From Minisyncoccota bacterium (GTDB lineage: Bacteria; Patescibacteriota; Microgenomatia; UBA1400; PJMF01), in the NCBI GenBank assembly GCA_003173865.1, contig PJMF01000012.1:8908-72907 (forward strand): a stretch of 64,000 nucleotides of DNA, in the 5' to 3' direction. The position numbers and the translations under genes are program-made. The notes under the pieces are model-generated. The model searched no databases. It was not told the DNA's origin and saw nothing but the letters and a program-made list of their open reading frames with translations. Positions within the stretch are counted from its first letter, which is position 1, and the number at the start of each line of letters is the position of its first letter. Below, in pieces: positions 39,867 to 48,583 of the stretch.

Positions 39867-41267
39867 CTATCCCACAATCTTTAAAGACAACTCTTTTAAG
39901 AGTTCCGCGCTGACTTCACTGGGCGCGTCCATGACCGCCGTCTTCCCAGAAGAGTTCATTGGAAATGCTATCACTTCACGCAGTGAGTTTTCATTCGCTA
40001 AGATCATCACATAACGGTCGAGTCCCAGCGCAATGCCGCCGTGTGGCGGAGTGCCCACTTCGAATGCTTCAAGCATATGTCCAACACTTGCTTGAATTTC
40101 TGCATCTGAGTACCCCATTACTTTGAACGTCGCTTTCAGTAACTCAGGTCGATGTGCACGAATACTACCACCACCTGCTTCATAGCCGTTACAGACTAAG
40201 TCATATTGAGTAGTTAAAATTTGGGCGACGTTCTCACCTTTCAACAGCCACTCTTCATGTTCTGGAATTGGTGCACTGAATGGATTGTGTGTAAATGTCC
40301 AACCGCTTTTGCCATCTTGAACTTCAGCCTTATCCGCTTTATCAACTTTTTTAAAAAAAGGAAAGTTGACGACCCATGCAAACGCAAGTAGACCCTCTTT
40401 TTTTTCTTGTTCTGTGCGTAAATCAAACTTGTCAGCCCCAAATTTTTCCATTGCTTCTTGATAACTAAAAACTGGAAACTGCTCTTGTTGTAACTGTCCA
40501 CCGACTGCTTTCACTGACGACTTGACGATTTCTTCAACGGTTGACATTACATCTTCACGCTGCACAAAACTCATCTCCAAATCAAGTTGCGTAAACTCAA
40601 AACCTCTGTCGGCGCGCAAGTCTTCATCACGGATACAGCGCGCAAACTGGAAATAATTTTCTACACCAGCAGTCATTAATAATTGTTTGTATTGCTGTGG
40701 ACTTTGTGGCAGCGCGTAAAATTTTCCTGGTTGCAAACGCGAAGGTACTATAAAATCACGGGCGCCTTCTTTCGTTGATTTGGTCAACATGGGCGTTTCA
40801 ACCTCAACAAAAGATTTTTGGGCAAGATTGTTACGCAATGCAGCATAAAAATCAGATCTCAACTGCACAATTTTATGCATTCGCTCACGACGCAAATCTA
40901 GGTAACGATACTTGAGACGAACTTCTTCGTTTACTTCACGGCCGTTACCTTCAACTTGAATTGGCAGTTCTTTCGCCTTATTCAGCACGGCATACTCTTG
41001 AACGTCAATCTCAATTGTGCCAGTCGGACTATTTGAGTTAATCATTTTTTCCGGACGCGCTTTGACGAGACCATTAATTTCGATCACTGATTCTGTTGTG
41101 AGTTCGCCCATTTTCTGATAACCAACACACTGTACCGTTCCCGAGCGATCGCGCAGATCGATAAACGTTAATTTGCCATGATCACGCTTAGTACTCACCC
41201 ATCCCTTGATGGTTACAACTTGGCCAATCATCTCAACAGTTTGTTCAACTAAAGTGCGCTCTGTCAT
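39867..41267 (-). CDS. aspS: Aspartate--tRNA ligase (short form without a full GAD insertion)
   Basis: RDHGKLTFIDLRD, RYLDLRR, ALPQSPQQYKQLLM, RDEDLRADR and PPHGGIALGLDR motifs; RBS GGAGGAG. Confidence 0.96.
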   Translation of the reverse strand: MTERTLVEQTVEMIGQVVTIKGWVSTKRDHGKLTFIDLRDRSGTVQCVGYQKMGELTTESVIEINGLVKARPEKMINSNSPTGTIEIDVQEYAVLNKAKELPIQVEGNGREVNEEVRLKYRYLDLRRERMHKIVQLRSDFYAALRNNLAQKSFVEVETPMLTKSTKEGARDFIVPSRLQPGKFYALPQSPQQYKQLLMTAGVENYFQFARCIRDEDLRADRGFEFTQLDLEMSFVQREDVMSTVEEIVKSSVKAVGGQLQQEQFPVFSYQEAMEKFGADKFDLRTEQEKKEGLLAFAWVVNFPFFKKVDKADKAEVQDGKSGWTFTHNPFSAPIPEHEEWLLKGENVAQILTTQYDLVCNGYEAGGGSIRAHRPELLKATFKVMGYSDAEIQASVGHMLEAFEVGTPPHGGIALGLDRYVMILANENSLREVIAFPMNSSGKTAVMDAPSEVSAELLKELSLKIVG

Positions 41268-41286
41268 AACTCCTCCAGATAATAAT

Positions 41287-41450
41287 AAAAAAAACCTTTC
41301 CAACACACCGCAACAGCGATGCATTGAAAAGGTTTCTCGTTTTGAGAAAGGTGCCAACCTTTTCGGTACTTATTATGGCATTTCGGCTGCCTGCCGGGAA
41401 GTGAAACTACTGTGTCAGGAGTAGCTCGTCTCGAATGAAACTATTCCTTC
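41287..41450 (-). ncRNA. T-box riboswitch (transcriptional), Asp specifier, short stem I
   Basis: Antiterminator GAAAAGG(T)-TGGCACC-TTTCTC/GAGAAA-CCTTTTC; competing 20-bp terminator plus U tract; hairpin GAGCTACT-CCT[GAC]AC-AGTAGTTT; CGGC/GCCG plus GGCA/TGCC pseudoknot. Confidence 0.75.
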
Positions 41451-41491
41451 GTGATTTTACTATAAAAAAAAGCTCAATTCTATAGGAATTG

Positions 41492-42826
41492 TCAGAGATG
41501 GTGCCAAATCTTTAGTTTCTCATCGATCCAGCCATCGTAAAATTGTTCTATGTATTGACGTTTTGTTTGTTGACCACTCAAGTATCGAAGTTGACGTTGC
41601 GCAACAAAAAATCTAGGAAGCAACGCGAAAAGCAAACTCAGCGTGATCGTTATGTACATATATGACCGTGATCTCGGTCTTTGATCAATATAATTTTTCA
41701 TAGTGAAGACATACAAAATCGCGAGAACTGCAAATCCTGAGAGGGCATATCTTGTCGATAAAGGCGGTATATACCACCAGATGATCCATTGCGCAGCTGC
41801 AAAGAAAAGTAAAAAAAGCAATGGACGACTGGAGATCATTTTGCGCCAATTCATCACAAATATTGGAGCAAATACCAAAAATAAAAGTGACGTGTAGTCA
41901 CGGGAAAAGAGGGTCAGTTCAGTCAATGAAGTCGGAAGGAAAAGTGTTCTTTGCCAAAGATATTGTCCAAGCGAAGTAGCCCCTCCAATTTCTCCTAATT
42001 TTGCTGTATGGAGATCGAAAGAATAAAAAGGATTTCCTGTGTGTTGAAAAGCGAAAACATAAAATGGCAGAGCAACGAAGAGACTCAAAGGAAAAAATAT
42101 ATTTATGGCGAATACTGGTAATAAAAACAAAGAAAATAATTTAGTTGCTAAAGAAGCACCAAAAAAAAGTGCGCTCCATATTTTCTCTGAAATTCCACCA
42201 CAGTGATCCAACACCCGCACAAGAAGCCACACGGCCGCAATTTCCCAAAACGCTTTTGCGATGTCAACGTAAAAACTACTTGACTGCCAAGCCACAACTT
42301 GAAATGTTGAAATGATCAGCACAGAGATCAGTGTCCATTGCCGATTCATGACTTCGCGGGCGAGTTGATACGATACAAACAAAAAGCTCACACCAAACAT
42401 ATACGCCACGAATTTCGCACCAATTTCACCTGCCAATTGATACCCATGAAGAAAAATTAAATCGCTCCAGAGAGGATTAAGCGATTGGTAAAAATCTGGA
42501 AGATACACAACCCTATGCAACTTTGCGAACTCTGCAACTATTGGCAAATGATACCAGACAGCATCAAAACCAGTTTCTGGCACAAAGACACCGAGCAAAT
42601 GCAGAAGCCAAATTGTTACCAGGGCAGCAATCAAAAATTTTTCTCCCCTCTGCAACGCTGGGATCAACACAACCATTTGCCACATCCATGATATCAAAAA
42701 TAAAAGTGGGATGAGTATAATTAATGAAAAAGGCGGATACAGCCAACCTAAAAAACCTGCCACGCTAGTCAAAACTCCACACCAAAAAAATGTAAACAGA
42801 TATGCAAAAAAAAGTTGTGAACGCAT
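41492..42826 (-). CDS. Polytopic membrane protein, probable GT-C glycosyltransferase
   Basis: FDAVWYHLP, YVD, K, TGNPFY and RY motifs within a multi-TM protein. Confidence 0.65.
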   Translation of the reverse strand: MRSQLFFAYLFTFFWCGVLTSVAGFLGWLYPPFSLIILIPLLFLISWMWQMVVLIPALQRGEKFLIAALVTIWLLHLLGVFVPETGFDAVWYHLPIVAEFAKLHRVVYLPDFYQSLNPLWSDLIFLHGYQLAGEIGAKFVAYMFGVSFLFVSYQLAREVMNRQWTLISVLIISTFQVVAWQSSSFYVDIAKAFWEIAAVWLLVRVLDHCGGISEKIWSALFFGASLATKLFSLFLLPVFAINIFFPLSLFVALPFYVFAFQHTGNPFYSFDLHTAKLGEIGGATSLGQYLWQRTLFLPTSLTELTLFSRDYTSLLFLVFAPIFVMNWRKMISSRPLLFLLFFAAAQWIIWWYIPPLSTRYALSGFAVLAILYVFTMKNYIDQRPRSRSYMYITITLSLLFALLPRFFVAQRQLRYLSGQQTKRQYIEQFYDGWIDEKLKIWHHL

Positions 42827-42834
42827 ATAACCGC

Positions 42835-43695
42835 TTATTTAGAAATCCACAGCATGCTTAAATCAAACACTTTTGCGGAATGTGTAAGGGCGCCGGAAGA
42901 AATATAATCCACACCGGTTTCAGCAATTTGACGGACATTTTCCAAAGTGACATTGCCAGATGCTTCGAGTTTTGCTTTTTTTGCGTTGTCGGCGTTGAGT
43001 TTCACTGCTTCGTGCATCATTTCCACACTCATGTTGTCGAGTAAAATATACTCAACTCCCAATTCCAAACCAATCTTCACATCTTCGAGCGTACGCGCCT
43101 CAATTTCGATTTTTAAGTTCTGATTCGCAGCACGCGCTTTTTGGACTGCCTTAGACAGCGATCCAGCAAAATCAATGTGATTATCTTTTATCAAAATCAT
43201 GTCGTACAAACCCATCCGGTGGTTTTGCCCCCCACCACGTTGTACCGCGAGTTTATCTAATCGACGCAAACCTGGAGCGGTTTTGCGCGTGTCAAGCATC
43301 ACCGTTTTTGTTCCTTTTATCGCGTCAACAAATTGATTCGTCATCGTGGCAATGCCCGACATTCGACCCAAAAAATTGAGCGCTGTTCGTTCGGCAGTCA
43401 AAAGAGCTCGTGCGTTTCCAGAAATCTCAACCAACGCTTTTCTATTCTCCACTTGTGAGCCCTCGGTTACTTTCATAATAAATTTTACCTTTGGATCAAA
43501 CAACCGAAATGTCGCTGCAGCCACATCCAGACCAGCAACCACACCTTTCTGTTTCGCAATAATCTGCGCGCTCATTCGTGCCTCAACAGGTACAATGCTA
43601 TTCGTCGTGACATCACCTTCACCAACATCTTCAGCCAAAGCGTGAGTAATTGTTTCGAGAATGGAGGGAGAAAGTGCAGTTGTATTCATTTTCAT
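42835..43695 (-). CDS. nadC: Nicotinate-nucleotide diphosphorylase (quinolinate phosphoribosyltransferase)
   Basis: ED...GDVTT, ERTALNFL, DTRKTAPG, HRMGL.D.ILIKDNH, LLDNM, EASG and GALTHS motifs. Confidence 0.97.
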   Translation of the reverse strand: MKMNTTALSPSILETITHALAEDVGEGDVTTNSIVPVEARMSAQIIAKQKGVVAGLDVAAATFRLFDPKVKFIMKVTEGSQVENRKALVEISGNARALLTAERTALNFLGRMSGIATMTNQFVDAIKGTKTVMLDTRKTAPGLRRLDKLAVQRGGGQNHRMGLYDMILIKDNHIDFAGSLSKAVQKARAANQNLKIEIEARTLEDVKIGLELGVEYILLDNMSVEMMHEAVKLNADNAKKAKLEASGNVTLENVRQIAETGVDYISSGALTHSAKVFDLSMLWISK

Positions 43696-43701
43696 AAAAG
43701 C

Positions 43702-44451
43702 TCATTCCGGAAGCTCCATATTTAAATCAAAAAGAGCGTGCTCACCTAATTCCAATAGGCTGCGATTCAACGCAACAAATTCTTGCATTCCTCTTTGACC
43801 TTTAGAGTCATATATGTATCCATCTCCAGAATATAGTTCTCTGAGTTGAACTGTAAAGTACAAAAAAGCTCGGATATCAGCAAGTGACATCGGAGAAGCT
43901 AAAAATCGATCATAGGTCATAAATAGTGGATGGTTCTTTCCGGCTTTCTCTATATCTAAAAATGATGTTCCCGTGATCGTTTCAATTTCAGAAAATGTTT
44001 TTAATTTCAATTGCTCTCTATGAATATTAAGTGTTATGGCAATATCCGGATAAACCACTGAGATTAAATCCAACGTGTTGTCCCATGTCGCTGATTTTGC
44101 TACCTCATCATTCTCGGGAAAAACAATTAACTTAAATTGAGTACCTGCCCTAACCTTATGCACAATATAGTCTGGGTGATAACCAATTGCTAAAAGCATT
44201 TCATAACCACTTTTTCCGGGCAGTAAGGAGAGTCCGTCCGCAGCCATGAGCATAACTAACTTGCGCATGGGATCATCACTTAACATTTGAAAATCTTGTG
44301 CTGCAGTTCCGCGCAAAATTCGTCCGCATAAATGTTCTGCTCTTATTATTTCCGAAGAACGTAATGCTTCAAGATATAAACCCAAATCTGAAACTGCCTG
44401 TAATTTGTCTATATCAATATTGCTTTGAGCTTTTTTTACTTCTTTTGGCAT
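43702..44451 (-). CDS. Hypothetical protein between nadA' and nadC
   Basis: 249-aa ORF with 6-nt and 19-nt gaps to its co-oriented neighbours. Confidence 0.7.
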   Translation of the reverse strand: MPKEVKKAQSNIDIDKLQAVSDLGLYLEALRSSEIIRAEHLCGRILRGTAAQDFQMLSDDPMRKLVMLMAADGLSLLPGKSGYEMLLAIGYHPDYIVHKVRAGTQFKLIVFPENDEVAKSATWDNTLDLISVVYPDIAITLNIHREQLKLKTFSEIETITGTSFLDIEKAGKNHPLFMTYDRFLASPMSLADIRAFLYFTVQLRELYSGDGYIYDSKGQRGMQEFVALNRSLLELGEHALFDLNMELPE

Positions 44452-44470
44452 AAATTTCTTAATGAATTCG

Positions 44471-45022
44471 TTAACCTACCGCCAACATCCGTTCAATTGG
44501 CAACCTTGCCCTTTCTGCAATTTCAGCTGGAACCCTAACCTCAAACTTTAAATTCATTAAACTATCCAATAACTTCTCCAACGTAATCATTTTCATAAAT
44601 TTGCATACCATGTCATCGCGCAAAGGATAAAACTTTTTCTCTGGATTTTGCTTCCGCAGTTGGTGGATAATACCATTTTCTGTGGCCACCACATATTCTT
44701 TCACTGGAGATTGTCGAACATGAGTCAACATGCCACCTGTAGATAAGATATGTGTTTTTTGTTCAGGGATTTCTTTTGTTGCCGCATAGTGAATACATTC
44801 TGTTGTGCAACCGCATTCAGGATGAATTAAAAATTCTGCTGATGAATGTTCGCTGAGTTTCTTTAAAACATCTTTTAAATTCGCGCGTGCATGAACGTGA
44901 CACTCACCCGGATAAACATAGATTTTCCGACCAGTCATTCTTGCCACATAACTTCCTAAAAATAAATCCGGCACAAAAATGATTTCCTTATCTTTTGGAT
45001 TATATCGTTCAAAATAATTCAA
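44471..45022 (-). pseudogene. nadA: Quinolinate synthase NadA, C-terminal fragment (5'-truncated)
   Basis: IIFVPD.FLG, GECHVH, HPEC, STGGM, ATE.G and C.FMK motifs are present. It is only 183 aa, and the N-terminal region with the first Fe-S Cys is absent. Confidence 0.8.
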
Positions 45023-45076
45023 AAATCAACTTGAAAATGAATAAGCTTATATAAACTTATTTTAATCCTAGAAAAT

Positions 45077-46198
45077 ATGCTTTATATTCCAGAAAATCCT
45101 ACAAGAAAAAACGAATTTCAAGCTTCACTAAGCGAAGTAATAAATATCTTGTTTTCAATTCATCTTCACACTTTCCAAATTGATTCTCAAAGAAAAGAAC
45201 CAAAAGAAGAGTGGAAAAAATTTATCTTAATGGTGGAAGAATGTAAGAGAGAGAATCCTAAGAAAATGACTGAATGTATTGAGGCGCTCAATCATGCAAA
45301 AACAATAATTCTCAAAGCGAGTCAGCACTGGAATGCTCCCTTGGATTTTGGAAGTGCAGAGACCTTATATCCACATTATTCCGGCCTTGACGTAACGCCG
45401 TTCGAAAAATTAAAAAAAGTATTATATGAATCACTTCGGATCGATCTTGATGATCAAAAATCACCAAGACAAGAAAAAATAAACACTCTTATAGGTTGGA
45501 TTCATGACTTAGAAAGCGAACGGTTAACTTTTTTCAATTCTAAGACTCAAACTTTCGAGACAGTAGATTTTTCCGGTGATCAGTTTAATGAAGATTTGAA
45601 AAGAGATCTATTGCAAAGAATGAAACAATTTCTTTTGAGTCAATTAGCTACAATCATTGATGAAGGTCATACGACAGCAACTAAAAAAGTAGATGCTCAA
45701 TACAGTCAGCGAATTGAGATAAAGCATGAGATTGCAAAACAAATCCTACAATCTGTGGATGCTCTTCCGTTAACTCGAGATACTATTCATCAATTAAAGG
45801 AAATTGTACACGCAAGAGCTCGGACAACGGAAGCTTTCTTATATGGAATAAGGGAGGTGGGTATAGATTCTCTTCACTTCCTTGTCCCGAAGGAAGTTTT
45901 TAATAAAGTAGTGAAAATTAAGCAAACTAAACCTCAAGATTTTGAAACACTTCTTGCCCCTTTATATATCAATGCTTACATGCACACATTGTTAGCATTT
46001 GCCGATGTCTTTTTTACTGACAAACAAATTTACACTGATCTTCACCCATCTGCATCCTTAAAACTTCAGCTAAGAAGAACTATCGAGATTATTTCCGCTT
46101 TCCAGTCCAAGTGCGGTTCTTCTTTTTCTGATGAGAAACTGAAACCATTTCAGCAGTTTGTTGCAGACCTAAAGGCACTTGTTAATCAAGAAGATTAA
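45077..46198 (+). CDS. Hypothetical protein (predicted mostly helical)
   Basis: 373-aa AT-rich ORF; no family recognised. Confidence 0.65.
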   Translation: MLYIPENPTRKNEFQASLSEVINILFSIHLHTFQIDSQRKEPKEEWKKFILMVEECKRENPKKMTECIEALNHAKTIILKASQHWNAPLDFGSAETLYPHYSGLDVTPFEKLKKVLYESLRIDLDDQKSPRQEKINTLIGWIHDLESERLTFFNSKTQTFETVDFSGDQFNEDLKRDLLQRMKQFLLSQLATIIDEGHTTATKKVDAQYSQRIEIKHEIAKQILQSVDALPLTRDTIHQLKEIVHARARTTEAFLYGIREVGIDSLHFLVPKEVFNKVVKIKQTKPQDFETLLAPLYINAYMHTLLAFADVFFTDKQIYTDLHPSASLKLQLRRTIEIISAFQSKCGSSFSDEKLKPFQQFVADLKALVNQED

Positions 46199-46240
46199 AA
46201 TACATTGAAGTGCCGGAAATGAACATCCAGAATTTTTCTC

Positions 46241-46270
46241 TTGCCCAGCGGTACTAAAAAATGGTACACT
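46241..46270 (+). promoter_or_regulatory. Sigma70-type promoter of the glyQS T-box leader
   Basis: TTGCCC-N18-TACACT with a TG extension; the predicted +1 is near 46277, the first base of stem I. Confidence 0.65.
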
Positions 46271-46276
46271 AGCCAC

Positions 46277-46415
46277 GTGGCATTGATTGGCTTGGCAACC
46301 GGGAGTCACAAAACAAAGTGGGCAAGCAAAATGTGCAAGCCAACTAGGGTGGAACCGCGATTCTTCATTCATTGGAGAACCGTCCCTATAAAGTATAAAG
46401 TACTTTATGGAGACG
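46277..46415 (+). ncRNA. T-box riboswitch (translational/SD-sequestering), Gly specifier, ultrashort stem I, no stem II
   Basis: GTGGC-ATT-GA-TTGG-CTT[GGC]AA-CCGG-GA-GTCAC (K-turn hairpin); T-box AACTAGGGTGGAACCGCG at 46342-46359; antisequestrator TAGGG/CCCTA and GCG/CGT; the sequestrator 46381-46415 covers the GGAG SD. Confidence 0.88.
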
Positions 46416-46418
46416 TCT

Positions 46419-47813
46419 ATGTTTACATCAACCCATCCTTCCCTCGAAGATATCGTCGCCCTGGCTAAACGCCGTGGATTTGTTTTTCCTACTTCTGAAA
46501 TTTATGGCGGACTTGCCAATTCCTACGATTACGGTCCACTCGGAGCCGAACTCCTCCGCAATATTCGCAATGAGTGGTGGAAACAATTTATCCACAAACG
46601 TCGTGACATGGTTGGACTTGATTCCCAAATCATGCTTCACCCCGAAACCTGGGTAGCATCTGGGCACGTTGGTTCTTTTTCTGATCCACTCGTCGAAGAT
46701 AAAGTCACCGCAAAACGTTACCGCGCCGACCATCTTATTGAGGCTTGGCTTAAAGAACAAAAACTTGAAAGTAATGAAGTTCAAGTTGAAAATATGCGCA
46801 TTGAGGAAATGGGTGAGTTTATCGCGACCAAAAACATCACCAGTCCAGATGGCAATCCAGTCACAGAGCCACGCAGCTTCAATTTATTATTTGAAACCGC
46901 AATTGGATCAGTAGCTGGAGAAAAATCAAAAGTGTACCTCCGCGGAGAAACAGCTCAGGGAATTTTTTCAAATTTCAAGCAAATTTTAGATTCAACGCGC
47001 GTGCAACTTCCGTTTGGGGTTGGACAGATCGGAAAAAGTTTCCGTAACGAAATTACAACCGGGCAGTTTGTTTTCCGTACTCTTGAGTTTGAACAGGCCG
47101 AAATCGAGTACTTTTTTAACCCTGCTCAAAGTGACTGGAAAGAACTTTTTGAAGACTGGAAGAAAAGTATGTGGAGTTTTGTGACCGAAATACTCGGGAT
47201 TCAAGCTGAAAATCTGCGCTGGCGCCAACATACTGATAAAGAACGCAGTCATTATAGTAAAGATACATATGACCTCGACTACAACTTTTCATTTGGATGG
47301 AAAGAACTTTGGGGAATTGCTTACCGCACTGACTACGACTTGAAGCAACACATCAATCATTCTGGAAAAAGTTTAGAGTACACTGATCCCTACACTGGCG
47401 AAAAATTCGTGCCTCACGTCATTGAGCCGGCAGTCGGTGTAAATCGAATGTTCTTGATGGTGCTCAGTGATGCCTATTTTTACGATGCCGAGCGTCAAAG
47501 AACTGTTTTACGCCTAAAGCCAAACTTAGCACCGTATAAAGTTGCTATCTTTCCATTAGTCAAAAACAAACCAGAAATTGTAGCTAAGGCTGAAGAGGTT
47601 TATCAACTCTGTGCGGTTGTTGCTCCCACCGTCTGGGACGATCGCGGTAACATTGGGAAACGCTATCTTAGTCAAGACGAGATCGGTACGCCTGCCTGCA
47701 TCACGATTGACTACCAAACTCTCGAAGATAATACAGTGACTTGGCGAGACCGAGACACTACTGAGCAAGTTCGAGTCGCTATCTCCGACCTTGCCCAGCG
47801 CATCCGGATGTAA
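46419..47813 (+). CDS. glyQS: Glycine--tRNA ligase (alpha2, GlyQS type)
   Basis: KRRGFVFP.SEIYGG, YLRGETAQG, GKSFRNEIT, FR..EFEQ.E and PHVIEP..G motifs; SD GGAG 6 nt before ATG 46419. Confidence 0.97.
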   Translation: MFTSTHPSLEDIVALAKRRGFVFPTSEIYGGLANSYDYGPLGAELLRNIRNEWWKQFIHKRRDMVGLDSQIMLHPETWVASGHVGSFSDPLVEDKVTAKRYRADHLIEAWLKEQKLESNEVQVENMRIEEMGEFIATKNITSPDGNPVTEPRSFNLLFETAIGSVAGEKSKVYLRGETAQGIFSNFKQILDSTRVQLPFGVGQIGKSFRNEITTGQFVFRTLEFEQAEIEYFFNPAQSDWKELFEDWKKSMWSFVTEILGIQAENLRWRQHTDKERSHYSKDTYDLDYNFSFGWKELWGIAYRTDYDLKQHINHSGKSLEYTDPYTGEKFVPHVIEPAVGVNRMFLMVLSDAYFYDAERQRTVLRLKPNLAPYKVAIFPLVKNKPEIVAKAEEVYQLCAVVAPTVWDDRGNIGKRYLSQDEIGTPACITIDYQTLEDNTVTWRDRDTTEQVRVAISDLAQRIRM

Positions 47814-47826
47814 GTTGTGATGGATG

Positions 47827-48303
47827 TTATGCGCTTGCCATCCCAACTGATAAGTGGTTGTTATGTCCATGAGTGAAGTGAGTTTTTCTTCGTATTATCA
47901 CGATTAAAGCAATAATCAGAAGCACACTGAAAAGTATCGGCGAATACCAGACAAAAAGCTGTGTCCAATTTTGCGTGAAAGTAGTAATATGCGAAACTTG
48001 GCCATTTTGATCTGTGACCATAGTGACGTGATCATTTAATGCTAGAGGTGAGCTTGTTTTATCCCAAATTGGACGCTCAACTTTCACATGTTGTGGCATC
48101 ACGACTTGGGTGACTTGATTGCCTTGTTGCACTTTGACTACTGTGTTATTTATTGCCACCAGTGTGCCGTTAATCGTTGTTTGATGTTGCTGTGAAGGAA
48201 ATGCAATTGCTTGGGAACTCGGAGCAAGACTTACTGCAGTCAGTTGACCGAGTAAAAAGAAAAGAGTGAGAGAAAAATTTCGATCGTATCTTGGATATTT
48301 CAT
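47827..48303 (-). CDS. Secreted/membrane-anchored small beta-domain protein
   Basis: Signal peptide, a short OB-like beta region and a C-terminal TM followed by RRK. Confidence 0.6.
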   Translation of the reverse strand: MKYPRYDRNFSLTLFFLLGQLTAVSLAPSSQAIAFPSQQHQTTINGTLVAINNTVVKVQQGNQVTQVVMPQHVKVERPIWDKTSSPLALNDHVTMVTDQNGQVSHITTFTQNWTQLFVWYSPILFSVLLIIALIVIIRRKTHFTHGHNNHLSVGMASA

Positions 48304-48402
48304 TGTCTCTATGTTAGTGACTAAACATTAGAGCCGGTAAATAATCCTGTAAAACTTTCGTGAGAGTTTGCAGATCCTAGTGGGTTGAAGTGGATCGAAG
48401 CG

Positions 48403-48430
48403 TTGACAATCCCAGACAGTCCATTATAAT
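48403..48430 (+). promoter_or_regulatory. Consensus sigma70 promoter
   Basis: TTGACA (48403-48408), N16, TATAAT (48425-48430). Confidence 0.85.
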
Positions 48431-48437
48431 TTCCTAC

Positions 48438-48518
48438 ATGTTCGCAGGTCTTTTATACTCTATCTCTAGTCTTCTTCTCCTTATTATTATCAAGGCGCAT
48501 CTCGCTTGGGAGAAGTAG
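48438..48518 (+). CDS. Leu/Ile-rich attenuator leader peptide MFAGLLYSISSLLLLIIIKAHLAWEK
   Basis: The ATG lies at the predicted +1; tandem LLLLIII codons at 48471-48491; a terminator follows. Confidence 0.75.
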   Translation: MFAGLLYSISSLLLLIIIKAHLAWEK

Positions 48519-48541
48519 TATTAAAGTAAAAAGAAATACAC

Positions 48542-48567
48542 ACCCCTCTCAAGCAGAGGGGTTTTTT
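48542..48567 (+). terminator. Attenuator terminator
   Basis: ACCCCTCT-CAAGC-AGAGGGGT-TTTTT; the competing pairing is GCTTGGGAG (48504-48512) with CTCTCAAGC (48546-48554). Confidence 0.85.
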
Positions 48568-48583
48568 GTTTTAGAAAGGTTTT

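Noticed and set aside
46241-46468. 75-aa ORF upstream of glyQS
   Set aside because: It coincides with the promoter and T-box RNA and is better explained as a non-coding leader.
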